DNA of 64,000 nucleotides from Octopus bimaculoides. Its lineage: Eukaryota. Each line of letters begins with the position of its first letter. Within the stretch, counting starts at the first letter, position 1. The notes beneath the pieces are model-generated. The model had not been told where the DNA came from. It searched no databases and saw nothing but the letters and a program-made list of their open reading frames with translations. The translations under genes were made by a program, and so were the position numbers. The DNA lies in assembly GCF_001194135.2 (NCBI RefSeq), contig NC_068982.1:63143798-63207797 (forward strand), in the 5' to 3' direction. Below are positions 1 to 11,119 of the stretch, one piece after another.

Positions 1-32
<32 letters not shown>

Positions 33-2151
33 TGTTCAAAGACGAAAATAGGTGAAGGAACAACAAGCAGCTGTATTATATTGAAGCTCGGGAAGAATGG
101 AAAAGTCTTTGACGTTTCGAGCATACGCTCTTCCACAGAAAGGAAGTGAGAAAAATACGGAAAGAGAGCGAAAACAAACGAAAACGGAAAGAGAAAAATG
201 TGTAGAGATTAATGGTTCAACATGATGAAATAGCCGGAAGAAAGAAGCTGACATACATAATATAATATAATATAGTATAATGTAATATAATATAGTATAA
301 TGTAATCTAATATAATATAATACATACATATGCAGGTAGTTGCATCGTAGTATTTGCGCATAATATTACAATATATCTATTATTTTATATATTCTTCGAC
401 AGGCCTCTTAGTTACATTATTTTAATGATAAATGAACAATATTAGAAAATAACATAAAAATAAAACACCATAAAAGGAACGTGAAAATAAACGTGAAAAT
501 TAACAACAGCTCGAAATGAATATTAGAAGCATCTCAAGAACATTTATAATCTCTTGATGACATCAGTGGCATTAAAACTTTTATGAATTTTAGTTTACAA
601 TTTTAAAGCTTTCTGTTACATTGGAAAATCCAGGATGTAGTGTCTATAATGAATGTAAGTTATTGTGTTGTAATTTCAATAGACACAGCAACAAGACTGT
701 ATCCTTGATTTTACCACATCTTCGTACGATCAAGTCAGGGATTTCCAGTAGTGGCAGAGTAACATTTCTTCAAGTGCACTGTGTACTCGAATGGTAAAAA
801 CATGATACTAGTTGTGCTGCTACAATGTAAAAAACATTGCGTGCAGGAATAGAATGTATAACAATAGAGAACAAAAACAAATGTATTTGACTGTGTCCAC
901 CTTGCCCATTTCTACGCTTGTAGAAATCACCCTCAATCACCCTCAATCAGAGATACAAACGAACGACAGAGACCTCTACAGAAACTGTCAACCGGTTCGG
1001 AATAATATCCAAATCTTCCTCAAGTGATATCCTTCCCGTTTCTAAAAATAGAAGGTAAACATTAGATAACATAGTCCTCGATACTCCACCTGGAATATGC
1101 TTGACTTAAGCTTAAATAGCAATAAAAGTAGGGGTACAGAAGCACACTCCGTCATAGGTGTATGTCGAATTGCGCAGCATGACGGTGAACTAGATGGTAC
1201 TATAGTATATCTGGAGTAACAGATTCGTGGGTCGAATATGATCTTAGAGCGAAAGATCTGTATAGGTCTAAGTATTCAGAGATGCTCCTATGAGCTTCAA
1301 TAACATGAACAACAATAATCACAATCCCCCCCCCCCATCTCTTTCCTCTCCGTTGAATTGCCGGTATATAATGGACTCCTTCCGCATGGTATCCCGACTA
1401 CTGTTTAATTACCATGGAATTGTTTATAGATAATAGTAGTCTTAGAAATTAATTAGCTTCATGAAAACAATAGTTATATGCTTTTAAACAGTCGGATATT
1501 TGACAGTTTAAGAATAATAGACCTTATTTTCGACCATACACTCACAACAGGGGATATTATATATATATATATATATATATATNNNNNNNNNNNNNNNNNN
1601 NNNNNNNNNNNNNNNNNNNNNNNNNNNNNNNNNNNNNNNNNNNNNNNNNNNNNNNNNNNNNNNNNNNNNNNNNNNNNNNNNNNNNNNNNNNNNNNNNNNN
1701 NNNNNNNNNNNNNNNNNNNNNNNNNNNNNNNNNNNNNNNNNNNNNNNNNNNNNNNNNNNNNNNNNNNNNNNNNNNNNNNNNNNNNNNNNNNNNNNNNNNN
1801 NNNNNNNNNNNNNNNNNNNNNNNNNNNNNNNNNNNNNNNNNNNNNNNNNNNNNNNNNNNNNNNNNNNNNNNNNNNNNNNNNNNNNNNNNNNNNNNNNNNN
1901 NNNNNNNNNNNNNNNNNNNNNNNNNNNNNNNNNNNNNNNNNNNNNNNNNNNNNNNNNNNNNNNNNNNNNNNNNNNNNNNNNNNNNNNNNNNNNNNNNNNN
2001 NNNNNNNNNNNNNNNNNNNNNNNNNNNNNNNNNNNNNNNNNNNNNNNNNNNNNNNNNNNNNNNNNNNNNNNNNNNNNNNNNNNNNNNNNNNNNNNNNNNN
2101 NNNNNNNNNNNNNNNNNNNNNNNNNNNNNNNNNNNNNNNNNNNNNNNNNTA

Positions 2152-2187
<36 letters not shown>

Positions 2188-3187
2188 CGTACGTACGTAC
2201 GCACGTCTGCTTGTGACCATGAATATATAGGTGTGCGTGTGTGTGTAATTTCAGGAATAAATATTTAAATAAATAGATACATTTTTGACAATAAAGATTT
2301 GTATTAATCCATTATGCTTGAATCACTGGCTTCTTTCTTTTAGAAGTAAATGGTACTGCTTCTACCATCTTATCCAAAGTTCATCATCATTATGAATATC
2401 ATCATCACCATCGTCATGCATATCACCACCGCCACCACTACCACCATCATCATCATCACCATCACCATCATCATCATCATCATCATCATTAACAAGCAAC
2501 TGATTTCCTTGTAGCTTATTTCTAATGCCTATTTGCGCTACTTATTCGTCTACTTTGCTTATATGCAATGTGTTATTTTGGTATTGCAGCTTTTTATTGC
2601 AATGTGTCTACTCGTGTTATTTTCTGCATGTTGAACATATTTGTAAATGCTGGCGTTTTGATATTGCATTTGCTTGAAGATTTTATATATTTTCCAAAAC
2701 TTCTATTGACATATTGTTTCTACTTTCAAAATTATTATAATCATTATTAAATCATTATAATAAAAAAGAACAAAAGACATCATCATCACATCATCATCAT
2801 CATCATCATCATCATACGTGTGTGGCAACGACTAACCAAATTGTACTTCACTTATGCTTTGTAAAAACTTTTGGTACATACTTTGTTGCAGAAGTCAATG
2901 CGTAGTGAAAAAGAGAATTGCTCCATTTTTAAAGTCATTTAAAAGCTCATATTCCAATAGAATGATGAAGGCAAAACGTTGTGGAACATTGAAAGTTGGA
3001 AGACTGGACAGGCATTAAAGAACCCGCCAATCACTCATCTACCACAATTACAGCAACAAAACAACATAAACATGAACTAAACTCCAAACCATCAAAAACA
3101 AAAGCAGCAACATAAATATTCAAAAGCTCTAAAAAAGAAGATCGTTGAAGTGATGACGTATGTAGACCAAGATATAAAGATATAGCA

Positions 3188-3570
3188 ATGCAAGACGATG
3201 GTATCGACGAGATTGTCTCAAGAGCAACATTCGCTAAATATTTGAGTAGAACAAAAGCTAGCGGTTTACAAACATTTGCTGAATACGATTACAGGTGTTT
3301 TGAAGGATTTGAAAGTGAAAGTAACTCACAAAATTCTGAAAGGAACCTTTGGAAATCTCCGGAAACCAGATTACCCCATCTATCCCAAATAAAAAGGATA
3401 CTACCTTTACACTTTTTCGTCTAATATGGCTACACTAAAACAAGATTATATAAATTCACGTTAGTGCTAGCTGTGAAGCAGCGTTGCTTGCTTTACGTCC
3501 CCAGGTCACTAGGTAGTTATCTTCAAAAACACTCAAAGTTATGGTGTCCACAAAACGGTTATTGAAAGGT
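3188..3570 (+). pseudogene. Possible very decayed hAT-like transposase C-terminal (dimerisation) remnant
   Basis: LWKSPETRLPHLSQI followed, in another frame, by VSASCE...VTR*LSSKTLKVMV loosely resembles the hAT W...P.L / SASCERxFS...R..L...TL pattern; weak. Confidence 0.25.
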
Positions 3571-4271
3571 CAAAATTTAGGACGTTCTGGCAGATGAACT
3601 TTACGTAAACAAGCCGGACTTGTTTGCTGATATTTTGGCAGCTGAGAGGAAAGCAGTGTTTCGTATTTCTGGTGGAAATGACGAAAGTGGTTTTGTGGTG
3701 AACATAACTAAAAATACTTTCCTTTCCTCTTTGACTAATCCTCTACCAATTTCTTCATGTTTTAATTCAAGAAGAAAGTGATAATAGGGAGTAACGTGCT
3801 GTACTTCCTTTCTAGAATATTTACTGAAAGGTAAAAGGAAGTAGAGGTTATGAACCGTGTGAATAGGCCTACTCTTAGCATTCGTCTGTAAGTTGAAGAA
3901 TAATAGCTGAAAGAAGGCATTTGATTTTGATATTAAGTCTAGTCCTGCACCTGTGGGATTCCCCTGATTCTTCCTACCGACGATTGTTTCTTCATTAGGA
4001 TGTGCTTTACTTTTATTTCTCCTTTTATTGGTGTTTTCTCATACATGGTTCTCTAAAAGACTCTCTCTCACTTAATTTGTCCCTATACTGTTCCTCGATT
4101 CATCGCCCATTTGATAAATAAATAAATGATAATGATAACGACTACTACTACTACTACTTGGGTATATGTACATGGAATGTTGATATATTTATAATATAAT
4201 TCTAACAATAAGAATACTTTTGGAAATAGTGTAGCGTTGATTGCAATAAAATAATATTTCTACAATTCGCA

Positions 4272-4455
4272 CAAAGCCAGGAATTTGGGGTCAGGGTGTT
4301 TAATCTGTTAAATCGACCTCGATATTTGCCTGCTATACTTTATTTTATCGAGTTGAGAGGGATGAAAAGCAAAGTTAACCTCGGCGAGATTTAAACTCAG
4401 AACGTAGAGTTGAGCACTTAAATACCGCAAGGGTCTAACGTGTCTGCCAACCCAC
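4272..4455 (-). mobile_element. SINE family A copy (core GTTCAAAT..CCGAGGTCGACTTTGCCTTTCATCC..GTCGATAAA..AAGTACCAG)
   Basis: Reverse-complement similarity to the well-preserved copy at 46812-47025. Confidence 0.7.
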
Positions 4456-4718
4456 CACACAATAATTACATAAATATATAATAAACAATAACAACAGCGA
4501 CGACGATGACGACGACGACGACGGTGATGATGATGATGTTGTTGATGACGACGACGACGACGATGATGGCGATGGTGGTGGCGATGAGGAGATGACGACG
4601 AGGACGTGGAAGAGGACGACGATGATGATGATAATAAGCTGATAATAATATTAATTAAAAATGCTTGCGAAGACAAACAACTTGTTATAAAATTTCAGTT
4701 GCAGGTTTCTTTTGACAT

Positions 4719-7700
4719 TCATAGTACGTTCATATGAAAAGATTTCAATCTTGGCAAACCATCATTAGTTGTTATTGGTTTTATTGAACATTCTACTGCA
4801 GAGGGACTCGCAGTAATGGCTGCAGTCATTTTTACATCATCGAATTTGACCTTGTTTTCAGAATTGTTGATCAAATTATTGTCATTGTCTGTTTCGAGAA
4901 CATTTTCTTCTCTCAAAGAGAGTGTTTGACATTGTATTATGTCAGTTTTGTCCTCATTATTATTGGACGATGATATGGCTTGGCACTTTGGAGAAACCGA
5001 GTTGTTGAGGCTACTGTCAAAGGAGGTTTTATGTTTTCGTTGTGGAATGTTTGAGTTATCGACATCCGTAAGAGAATGACTCGCGATATGAGTAGAGGGT
5101 AAAGTAGGACTGGAATAATTTTTGTTTAAGCGGAACTGTGACTGAGTGTCTTCAGAATCTAATGTTTGTAGTTTGTTGCTAGCTAATGTATTTTCACTGA
5201 GGTTTAATTGCTCACACGTTGAGCGTAAAACCGAAGTAGTAGAATTGGATGACTGTGGATTTGTGAAAGATTCATATTTTAATATTTGATTTGAGTCGTG
5301 TGTCATTGATGAATCTGGTTCGTGACTTTTTACGCTAATTTCCTCGAGGTTAAACTGATCACTATTCATGTCAGTATCTGAATCAACTACATTGCTATTA
5401 TCGTCGAAAACAAACCTCTGAGCTAATATATCTGAAGTGAGTGAATTATCTGCTGCACTTACCATATCATCTGTATCAATAACAAAAGACTGACTACAAA
5501 GATCGTTCGTCTGAGAATTTGTTGGAGATTCGGAAAAATGCTCGTAGCAAGATTCAAAGTATATATCGGAACCGGAGTCAGATTCTGATTCAGGTTTTGT
5601 GTCCGATTTCTTAGTCATTGATTTATTGTCAATATTTTGGATTGTTTCAGCTTGACTAGATTCAGAGATGATTTCAGATCGCCTGTGTTCATTGACTTTT
5701 TTGTCTAAATCTGCATTTCTGTTTCGTCTTTTATCACCTTCGAAAATATCTTGCTGTATTTGAGATGATATTTGCTTTTGCGACTCAGATTGTGTATGGG
5801 CACCTAGAATCTTTTCAAAATGCCTTTCTGCCCATCTATTGAGGGCTGTATTGCTGAGATGTGGTATCTCATCTACTTCACAAATTTCAGAACAATCACT
5901 ACTTGCGTCTTGTAGTTTCTGTCTTGAACTTTTAGCTTCCATAAAGTCAATTCCTTCCTTCTTGTTATGTACATCTGGATTTAGTTCTGAATCATTTACG
6001 CTTTCCCTTTCTTTGTGGCCACTGTCAATAACATCTGCTTGTTTATCCTCTATAATTAATTCGTTTTTATCGGTTTCATCGATTACGTCTTTGAATTTAA
6101 TATCAACTTTATCCATGACTTTTTTATCAGTTGTTTTTGAAGAATTACTTTCACTATCTTCAGTCTCTTCCGGAAGGTCACCAATACTATGAGTATCTAT
6201 TTGGTTTTCTTCACATTTTTGCAATTCAAGTTTATCTTCCTTAGACTCATCCCCTTGATGATTTGGTGAGTGTGCATCATTGGGTGAGCTAATTTGCAAA
6301 TTCATGTTTAATATTCTAGTGTCAGCAAACGGAGTTTGCGTATCTGATGCTAGCGACCCATTTTTGTGTTCTAGCTTCGGATGGTCTTCACTGACTTTTG
6401 AAGAATTAAATGTATTTTCACCTGACAAACTATCCCTCTGGACAGAATTACGTCTTGATCCAGAGTTCAAATTGGAATTCATTTCAGAAATAATATTCAC
6501 ATGTTTTTCAGCCCAATTTTTGATACCATTATGACTTTCTGCAATTTTTACAGTTGAAGTAGGTTTACATTTTTTCTTTGTTTCATCATTATTTTGAGGG
6601 GAATCAAGTGTAGGATTAGTTGTCACATTAGAAGTCATGCTGGAAATTTTTCGTGCATGTCTCTCTGCCCATTCACTCACACTAAGTTTATTTTGTATAC
6701 ATTGCTGTTCTTGTTTTCTTTTTTCTATTCTCGTTCGTTCGACATCGAGTTCAGAAGCAACTGGCGAATTAGAAGCCATACTGGAAACTCTTCGAGCATG
6801 TCTCTCTGCCCACTCACTTACATTTAATGTTTTATTTGCATCATTTTCAAATTGAACATTGTTAACATTATCTAAAGTGTCAACAGGGATATTTCTAGAA
6901 GAACTAATATCAGACTTTCCTTCTGAGATCAATTTTACATGTTTTTCTGCCCATTGACTTAATGGAAGTCTATTTTCAATTTTCTCACTGTCGTTATCAT
7001 CATTAGAGCTTTCACTGTTTTTGCGAGAATTAGTTTTCACTGGAGTAACTGGCGGAGTTATGAATTCCGAAATCAATTTCAAATGCTTTTCTGCCCAACC
7101 TTTCAGACTCACTTGTTTTTCAGTTTTACTTTCTTTATCGCTTGTTAGGGAAGACGCTTTAGGGCTGATTTGTGGACTGCCTTCTGTGGAATTCATGCCA
7201 CCTGGTAAAACAATTTCTGATATTGTCTGCAAATGACGTTCTGCCCATTCATTTAGACTAAGACTTGTTTTGGACGGACTATTGGGTGTGTCTGTATTGG
7301 TGTTTTCTTGCTTAGGTTGAATTTTATTTGGTGATAATCTTATGTCTTTTGATTCCTTTCTCGAATTAATTGTCGGAGGTATGTTGCTGCCGGAGCTAGT
7401 TCGTGAGTTTTTGGACTCAGATAAAGGAGTTGATGAAAACTGCGGATTTCTTAATCCAATTTTACTGAAATGTTCATTAATAGCTTTCTTTGATTGTAGG
7501 AAAGACGGACTGCTTGTGACAATGCTTGTCTCAGCACAGCATAAAGAGGAATTTCTACGATTATTGTCTCTTGAATCTTTAGTATATTCTGGGCTAGTTG
7601 ATTTAGTATTTTCGTGTCTCCCTGGGGAGATTTGAGATGATTTGTAAGGGTAGATTGGGGCTCCAGGAAGTGGTATAATTGGACGAGCACCCATACTCAT

Positions 7701-9200
7701 TCTGAATGCTGATTTTGAGAAATGTTCTTCCATTAGCTTTCTAGACTCCAAAAAAGAGGCACTACGATTTACAACTGACTCTTCATTAGAGTCCATTCTG
7801 TGTGGTTTTTTAATTCCAACGCTTGGTTCCCGATCATCTTTTCTTTCCTGTGGATTTAATTTTTTGTTGAGTTTTTGAACTAATTCTGAATGTAATGCCT
7901 GAACATTAACAGGCAAATTACTATGTTCGTTTGACTTCGAATTATTTAGTGAACTGTAGTCAGATCTTTTATTTAGAATCGAATTTTGCGAAACATTCTT
8001 CATTGACGCTGTGTCATGGGAAGAATCTTTCAAAAACATACAATTCTTTTCTTTCTCCTTAACCGAGGTGATAATAATTAATTCTTCTTCACCAAGATAG
8101 TCAAGTGAGTCACTCCGTTGACGTCCCAAGGCTAACGTGACAGATGGTTTGGTGTTTGCTGGACGGTTACCATGACTGTGTTTACTGTTAATGTCTACTT
8201 CTTGTCTATTCACGCCGTTTTTACATTTCCGATCAAAAGAAGACAAACTCTTTGGATACAGAGTATGTGTCTCCTCCCGTCTATTGTCTGAAGACTTCAA
8301 TGTATTTTGCGAGAGTTTGTGCGGTAAGATATTGATATCATTGGTTTTGTTTTTACATGTGCCACTTGTCTCTTGGTTGTTCAGTTGTGATTCTTTAACA
8401 TAAGATTCTTTACAATTTTCAAAGATATTAATATCCTCAAATGACGGTATATTCATGTTCTTTACCTCAATATTGTTTACGCTCCTTGTTTCGCTTGAAC
8501 TATTTACCTGCTTGTTAGATTTATCAAACAGTTCGTGGAACTCTTCTGCACTCACATAATGATTCTGACCATATTGGTCTTTATAAATATAATAACCTCC
8601 TTCCGATTCTTCATATTCATAACTAGCATTGTCGTAACCAGTGACAACGCCTTTCTTTAACCTGCATCTATATCTCGCAGCGTTTCCTTCCCTTTGACTG
8701 GGACTTGTTTTAGATGGAATCGTGATAATTACTTCATCTTCATTGTCTTCTCCTTCTTCTTCTTCTTCTTCTTCTTCTTCTTCTTCTTCTTCTTCTTCGT
8801 CTTCTTCTTCTTCTCCTTCTTCTTCTTCTTCTTCTTCTTCTTCTTCTTCTTCTTCTTCTGCTTCTGCTTCTTCGTCCTCATGTTTCCTTCCTTCCTCCTG
8901 TTCTTCTTCCGCACACCTCGGTGTGGCTTCTGTATGTACCGAGGCCCATTTGTGCGTGTAAGCCTCAGGAGATGGTGTTTGTTCCTCACCTTCCGGTGAA
9001 GGCTCGAACTGCTTCTCGTTCACCGCTGATCTTTGTGGTGTTTCTATTCCTTCTTCAGCCAATTCTTTTACATCTGGCAGTTTATGTGATCCACGCGAGC
9101 AAATAAATTCCAAAATAAGTTTATTCACTTTGTCCGGTGCTTCCAACATAACCATATGGCTAGCCTCATCTACTATTTCCAGCTTCGATCCGTGGATAGT
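4719..9200 (-). CDS. ABHD8: ABHD8 terminal coding exon: end of the hydrolase domain (SHMVMLE, catalytic His) plus a ~1,460-aa low-complexity C-terminal extension
   Basis: Acceptor actattttag|ACT at 9200, phase 0. TIHGSKLEIVDEASHMVMLEAPDKVNKLILEFI continues without a stop for 1,493 codons to the stop at 4721-4719. An ORF this long in AT-rich DNA is not expected by chance. Confidence 0.9.
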   Translation of the reverse strand, partial: TIHGSKLEIVDEASHMVMLEAPDKVNKLILEFICSRGSHKLPDVKELAEEGIETPQRSAVNEKQFEPSPEGEEQTPSPEAYTHKWASVHTEATPRCAEEEQEEGRKHEDEEAEAEEEEEEEEEEEEEEGEEEEDEEEEEEEEEEEEEEEGEDNEDEVIITIPSKTSPSQREGNAARYRCRLKKGVVTGYDNASYEYEESEGGYYIYKDQYGQNHYVSAEEFHELFDKSNKQVNSSSETRSVNNIEVKNMNIPSFEDINIFENCKESYVKESQLNNQETSGTCKNKTNDINILPHKLSQNTLKSSDNRREETHTLYPKSLSSFDRKCKNGVNRQEVDINSKHSHGNRPANTKPSVTLALGRQRSDSLDYLGEEELIIITSVKEKEKNCMFLKDSSHDTASMKNVSQNSILNKRSDYSSLNNSKSNEHSNLPVNVQALHSELVQKLNKKLNPQERKDDREPSVGIKKPHRMDSNEESVVNRSASFLESRKLMEEHFSKSAFRMSMGARPIIPLPGAPIYPYKSSQISPGRHENTKSTSPEYTKDSRDNNRRNSSLCCAETSIVTSSPSFLQSKKAINEHFSKIGLRNPQFSSTPLSESKNSRTSSGSNIPPTINSRKESKDIRLSPNKIQPKQENTNTDTPNSPSKTSLSLNEWAERHLQTISEIVLPGGMNSTEGSPQISPKASSLTSDKESKTEKQVSLKGWAEKHLKLISEFITPPVTPVKTNSRKNSESSNDDNDSEKIENRLPLSQWAEKHVKLISEGKSDISSSRNIPVDTLDNVNNVQFENDANKTLNVSEWAERHARRVSSMASNSPVASELDVERTRIEKRKQEQQCIQNKLSVSEWAERHARKISSMTSNVTTNPTLDSPQNNDETKKKCKPTSTVKIAESHNGIKNWAEKHVNIISEMNSNLNSGSRRNSVQRDSLSGENTFNSSKVSEDHPKLEHKNGSLASDTQTPFADTRILNMNLQISSPNDAHSPNHQGDESKEDKLELQKCEENQIDTHSIGDLPEETEDSESNSSKTTDKKVMDKVDIKFKDVIDETDKNELIIEDKQADVIDSGHKERESVNDSELNPDVHNKKEGIDFMEAKSSRQKLQDASSDCSEICEVDEIPHLSNTALNRWAERHFEKILGAHTQSESQKQISSQIQQDIFEGDKRRNRNADLDKKVNEHRRSEIISESSQAETIQNIDNKSMTKKSDTKPESESDSGSDIYFESCYEHFSESPTNSQTNDLCSQSFVIDTDDMVSAADNSLTSDILAQRFVFDDNSNVVDSDTDMNSDQFNLEEISVKSHEPDSSMTHDSNQILKYESFTNPQSSNSTTSVLRSTCEQLNLSENTLASNKLQTLDSEDTQSQFRLNKNYSSPTLPSTHIASHSLTDVDNSNIPQRKHKTSFDSSLNNSVSPKCQAISSSNNNEDKTDIIQCQTLSLREENVLETDNDNNLINNSENKVKFDDVKMTAAITASPSAVECSIKPITTNDGLPRLKSFHMNVL

Positions 9201-9863
9201 CTAAAATAGTGATAAAAGAAACGATGACATTATACATATTTTAAACAATGATTGACGAACATAGAAACCAATTACTTATTCAAATATATCGATTAATTCG
9301 AAGCATTGGAATGGTTGACAGGAAAACGCTTCTCTTTAATTTTTAAGGGAAACGTTTGGTGAAGTAATATCCTAAAGAGCATGTTGAGGAATTGATATTT
9401 GTATTTTTTTATCATATATTTCACTGGTTGATTTAATAATTTTGGGAGGCGTACACGGACGAAATCATAACTCAATTAGGTAGGTAAACGCTTTCTATTT
9501 TTAACAAGAGAGACGTAAAATAGTAAGTAAACTACATCACAAGATACTATAACAGGTAACAATATATTACAAGTTAAGTGACATAATATTATACATCAAG
9601 TATCATAATAATATACAATAAGTAATATATCTTAAAACATGTTTGGGAAAGTAGTGTAATAAAGTATTCCATAGATATTTCTCATGTGTTGATCCCTGCC
9701 CTAGCATGTAACTGTCAATTTTAAGATTTACATTTAAATATCAAATTTCAGATGTTTTGTCTATTTGTGATCAAGTGTAATTATTCAACAATATTACTCC
9801 AAATATTTTCGCTATACTTACTCAATTAAAATCTATAGTCAGTTTATATAGAAAAATACCTAC

Positions 9864-10071
9864 CGCTTTCATTAGCTTAGCATCCTCTAATGTGGCAAAA
9901 GTATCATCTCGACCGTTTATAAGTAGTGTGGGGACGCTAATCCAACTGTGATAGACTTCATCGCCTTCGGGCCAGTCTTGACCATTGATGACATAATGTA
10001 GAACAAAAGACGGTATGTTAAAGGAAGCCCTCTTCAACATCTCGTTTTTTTGTTTGGTCTTGAAAGCTGAC
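9864..10071 (-). CDS. ABHD8: ABHD8 coding exon 4 (SAFKTKQKNEMLKRASFNIPSFVL...WPEGDEVYH...INGRDDTF...MKA)
   Basis: Acceptor cttttgtag|G at 10071, donor GCG|GTAGGT at 9864. 208 nt, phase 2/0. WPEGDEVYH is characteristic of ABHD8; candidate catalytic Asp in GRDD. Confidence 0.93.
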
Positions 10072-10211
10072 CTACAAAAGCAAAATACGAATAAAAGAAA
10101 AACGGAGAATAGTATATAATTACCTTAATCATTTGAAAGCGTGTTTAATGTTTGAACCACGAAAAAGTGAAACTAAGATCGAATATGCAATGAAAAGAGA
10201 AGATTTACAAT

Positions 10212-10410
10212 AGGTGTAAGGCATGAAATTTGGGGGTAAGGTGGAAGTAGATTACATCGACCCCAGTGTTCAACTCGACCTTATTTTACCGAACCTGACA
10301 GAATGAATGGTAAGGTCGACCTCAGCAACATTTGAACTCAGAACGCAAAACAGGAAGAAATGCGACTAAACATTTTCTCCGGCGCGGCAACAACTCTGCC
10401 AGCTGGACAC
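10212..10410 (-). mobile_element. SINE family A copy
   Basis: ATCGACCCCAGT...GGTCGACCTC...TTTGAACTCAGAACG...CTCTGCCAGCT matches the family core. Confidence 0.75.
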
Positions 10411-10800
10411 CATTGAAATCACAGTATATTATCTAACTAAAAATATTGAGTCAAGTGTACGAAACAACTTTGGACTGTCGGCGGAGATCGTCAGTACACG
10501 TGTAGTATTGATTTTTAAGTAAATATTCAGAACTGTATACACAGGTTTGTTATAAGGAAATAATTATTTTTAAATTATTTTGAAATTAAGGTAATTAATT
10601 ATCAAATAATATTTTGAATTTCAATGCTATTTTATATTCCTTGCATTAGATATTGATTCACGCTGATGACACATCAAAAATATCGAATTTTGATATAATT
10701 ATGTATAATGAAATCTAAAATGAATAATTTCACAATACACATATATACATCCAAACAATCAAGCGTATGAGCATACACATATACGCATATACGGACGAAC

Positions 10801-10869
<69 letters not shown>

Positions 10870-11119
10870 TGTATGTATGTATATATGTATGTAAGTATGT
10901 ATAATGTTTACTTGGCGGCCCATTGGTACTTGAGATTCTTAGTATACTCTTGTAGCTCGGACTTCGCTTCGCCGCCATTGAGACATGGGGAACAAAGTGA
11001 ATTTGAGTTGAGATGAAATAGAATGGCGCAATCATGACTTAATTGGAAACGCATTGTGACAAGCGCTCTATTACAGCATCTGATGGTGTGGTCGTTATTG
11101 TGTTATATATATAATAGTC

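Noticed and set aside
3601-4038. Stop-free frame of ~145 codons on the minus strand downstream of ABHD8
   Set aside because: No start codon until its last quarter, no recognisable motif or clear splice sites, and a length near what chance can give in 64 kb.
5839-9106. Plus-strand and alternate-frame ORFs overlapping the ABHD8 last exon, including poly-Phe, poly-Ser and poly-Lys ORFs at 8694-9106
   Set aside because: Shadow frames of the real coding exon and its GAA repeat.
9858-9863. Alternative donor GTAG|GTATTT four nt downstream of the exon 4 donor
   Set aside because: It would give phase 1, incompatible with the phase-0 acceptor that keeps the SHMVMLE frame.
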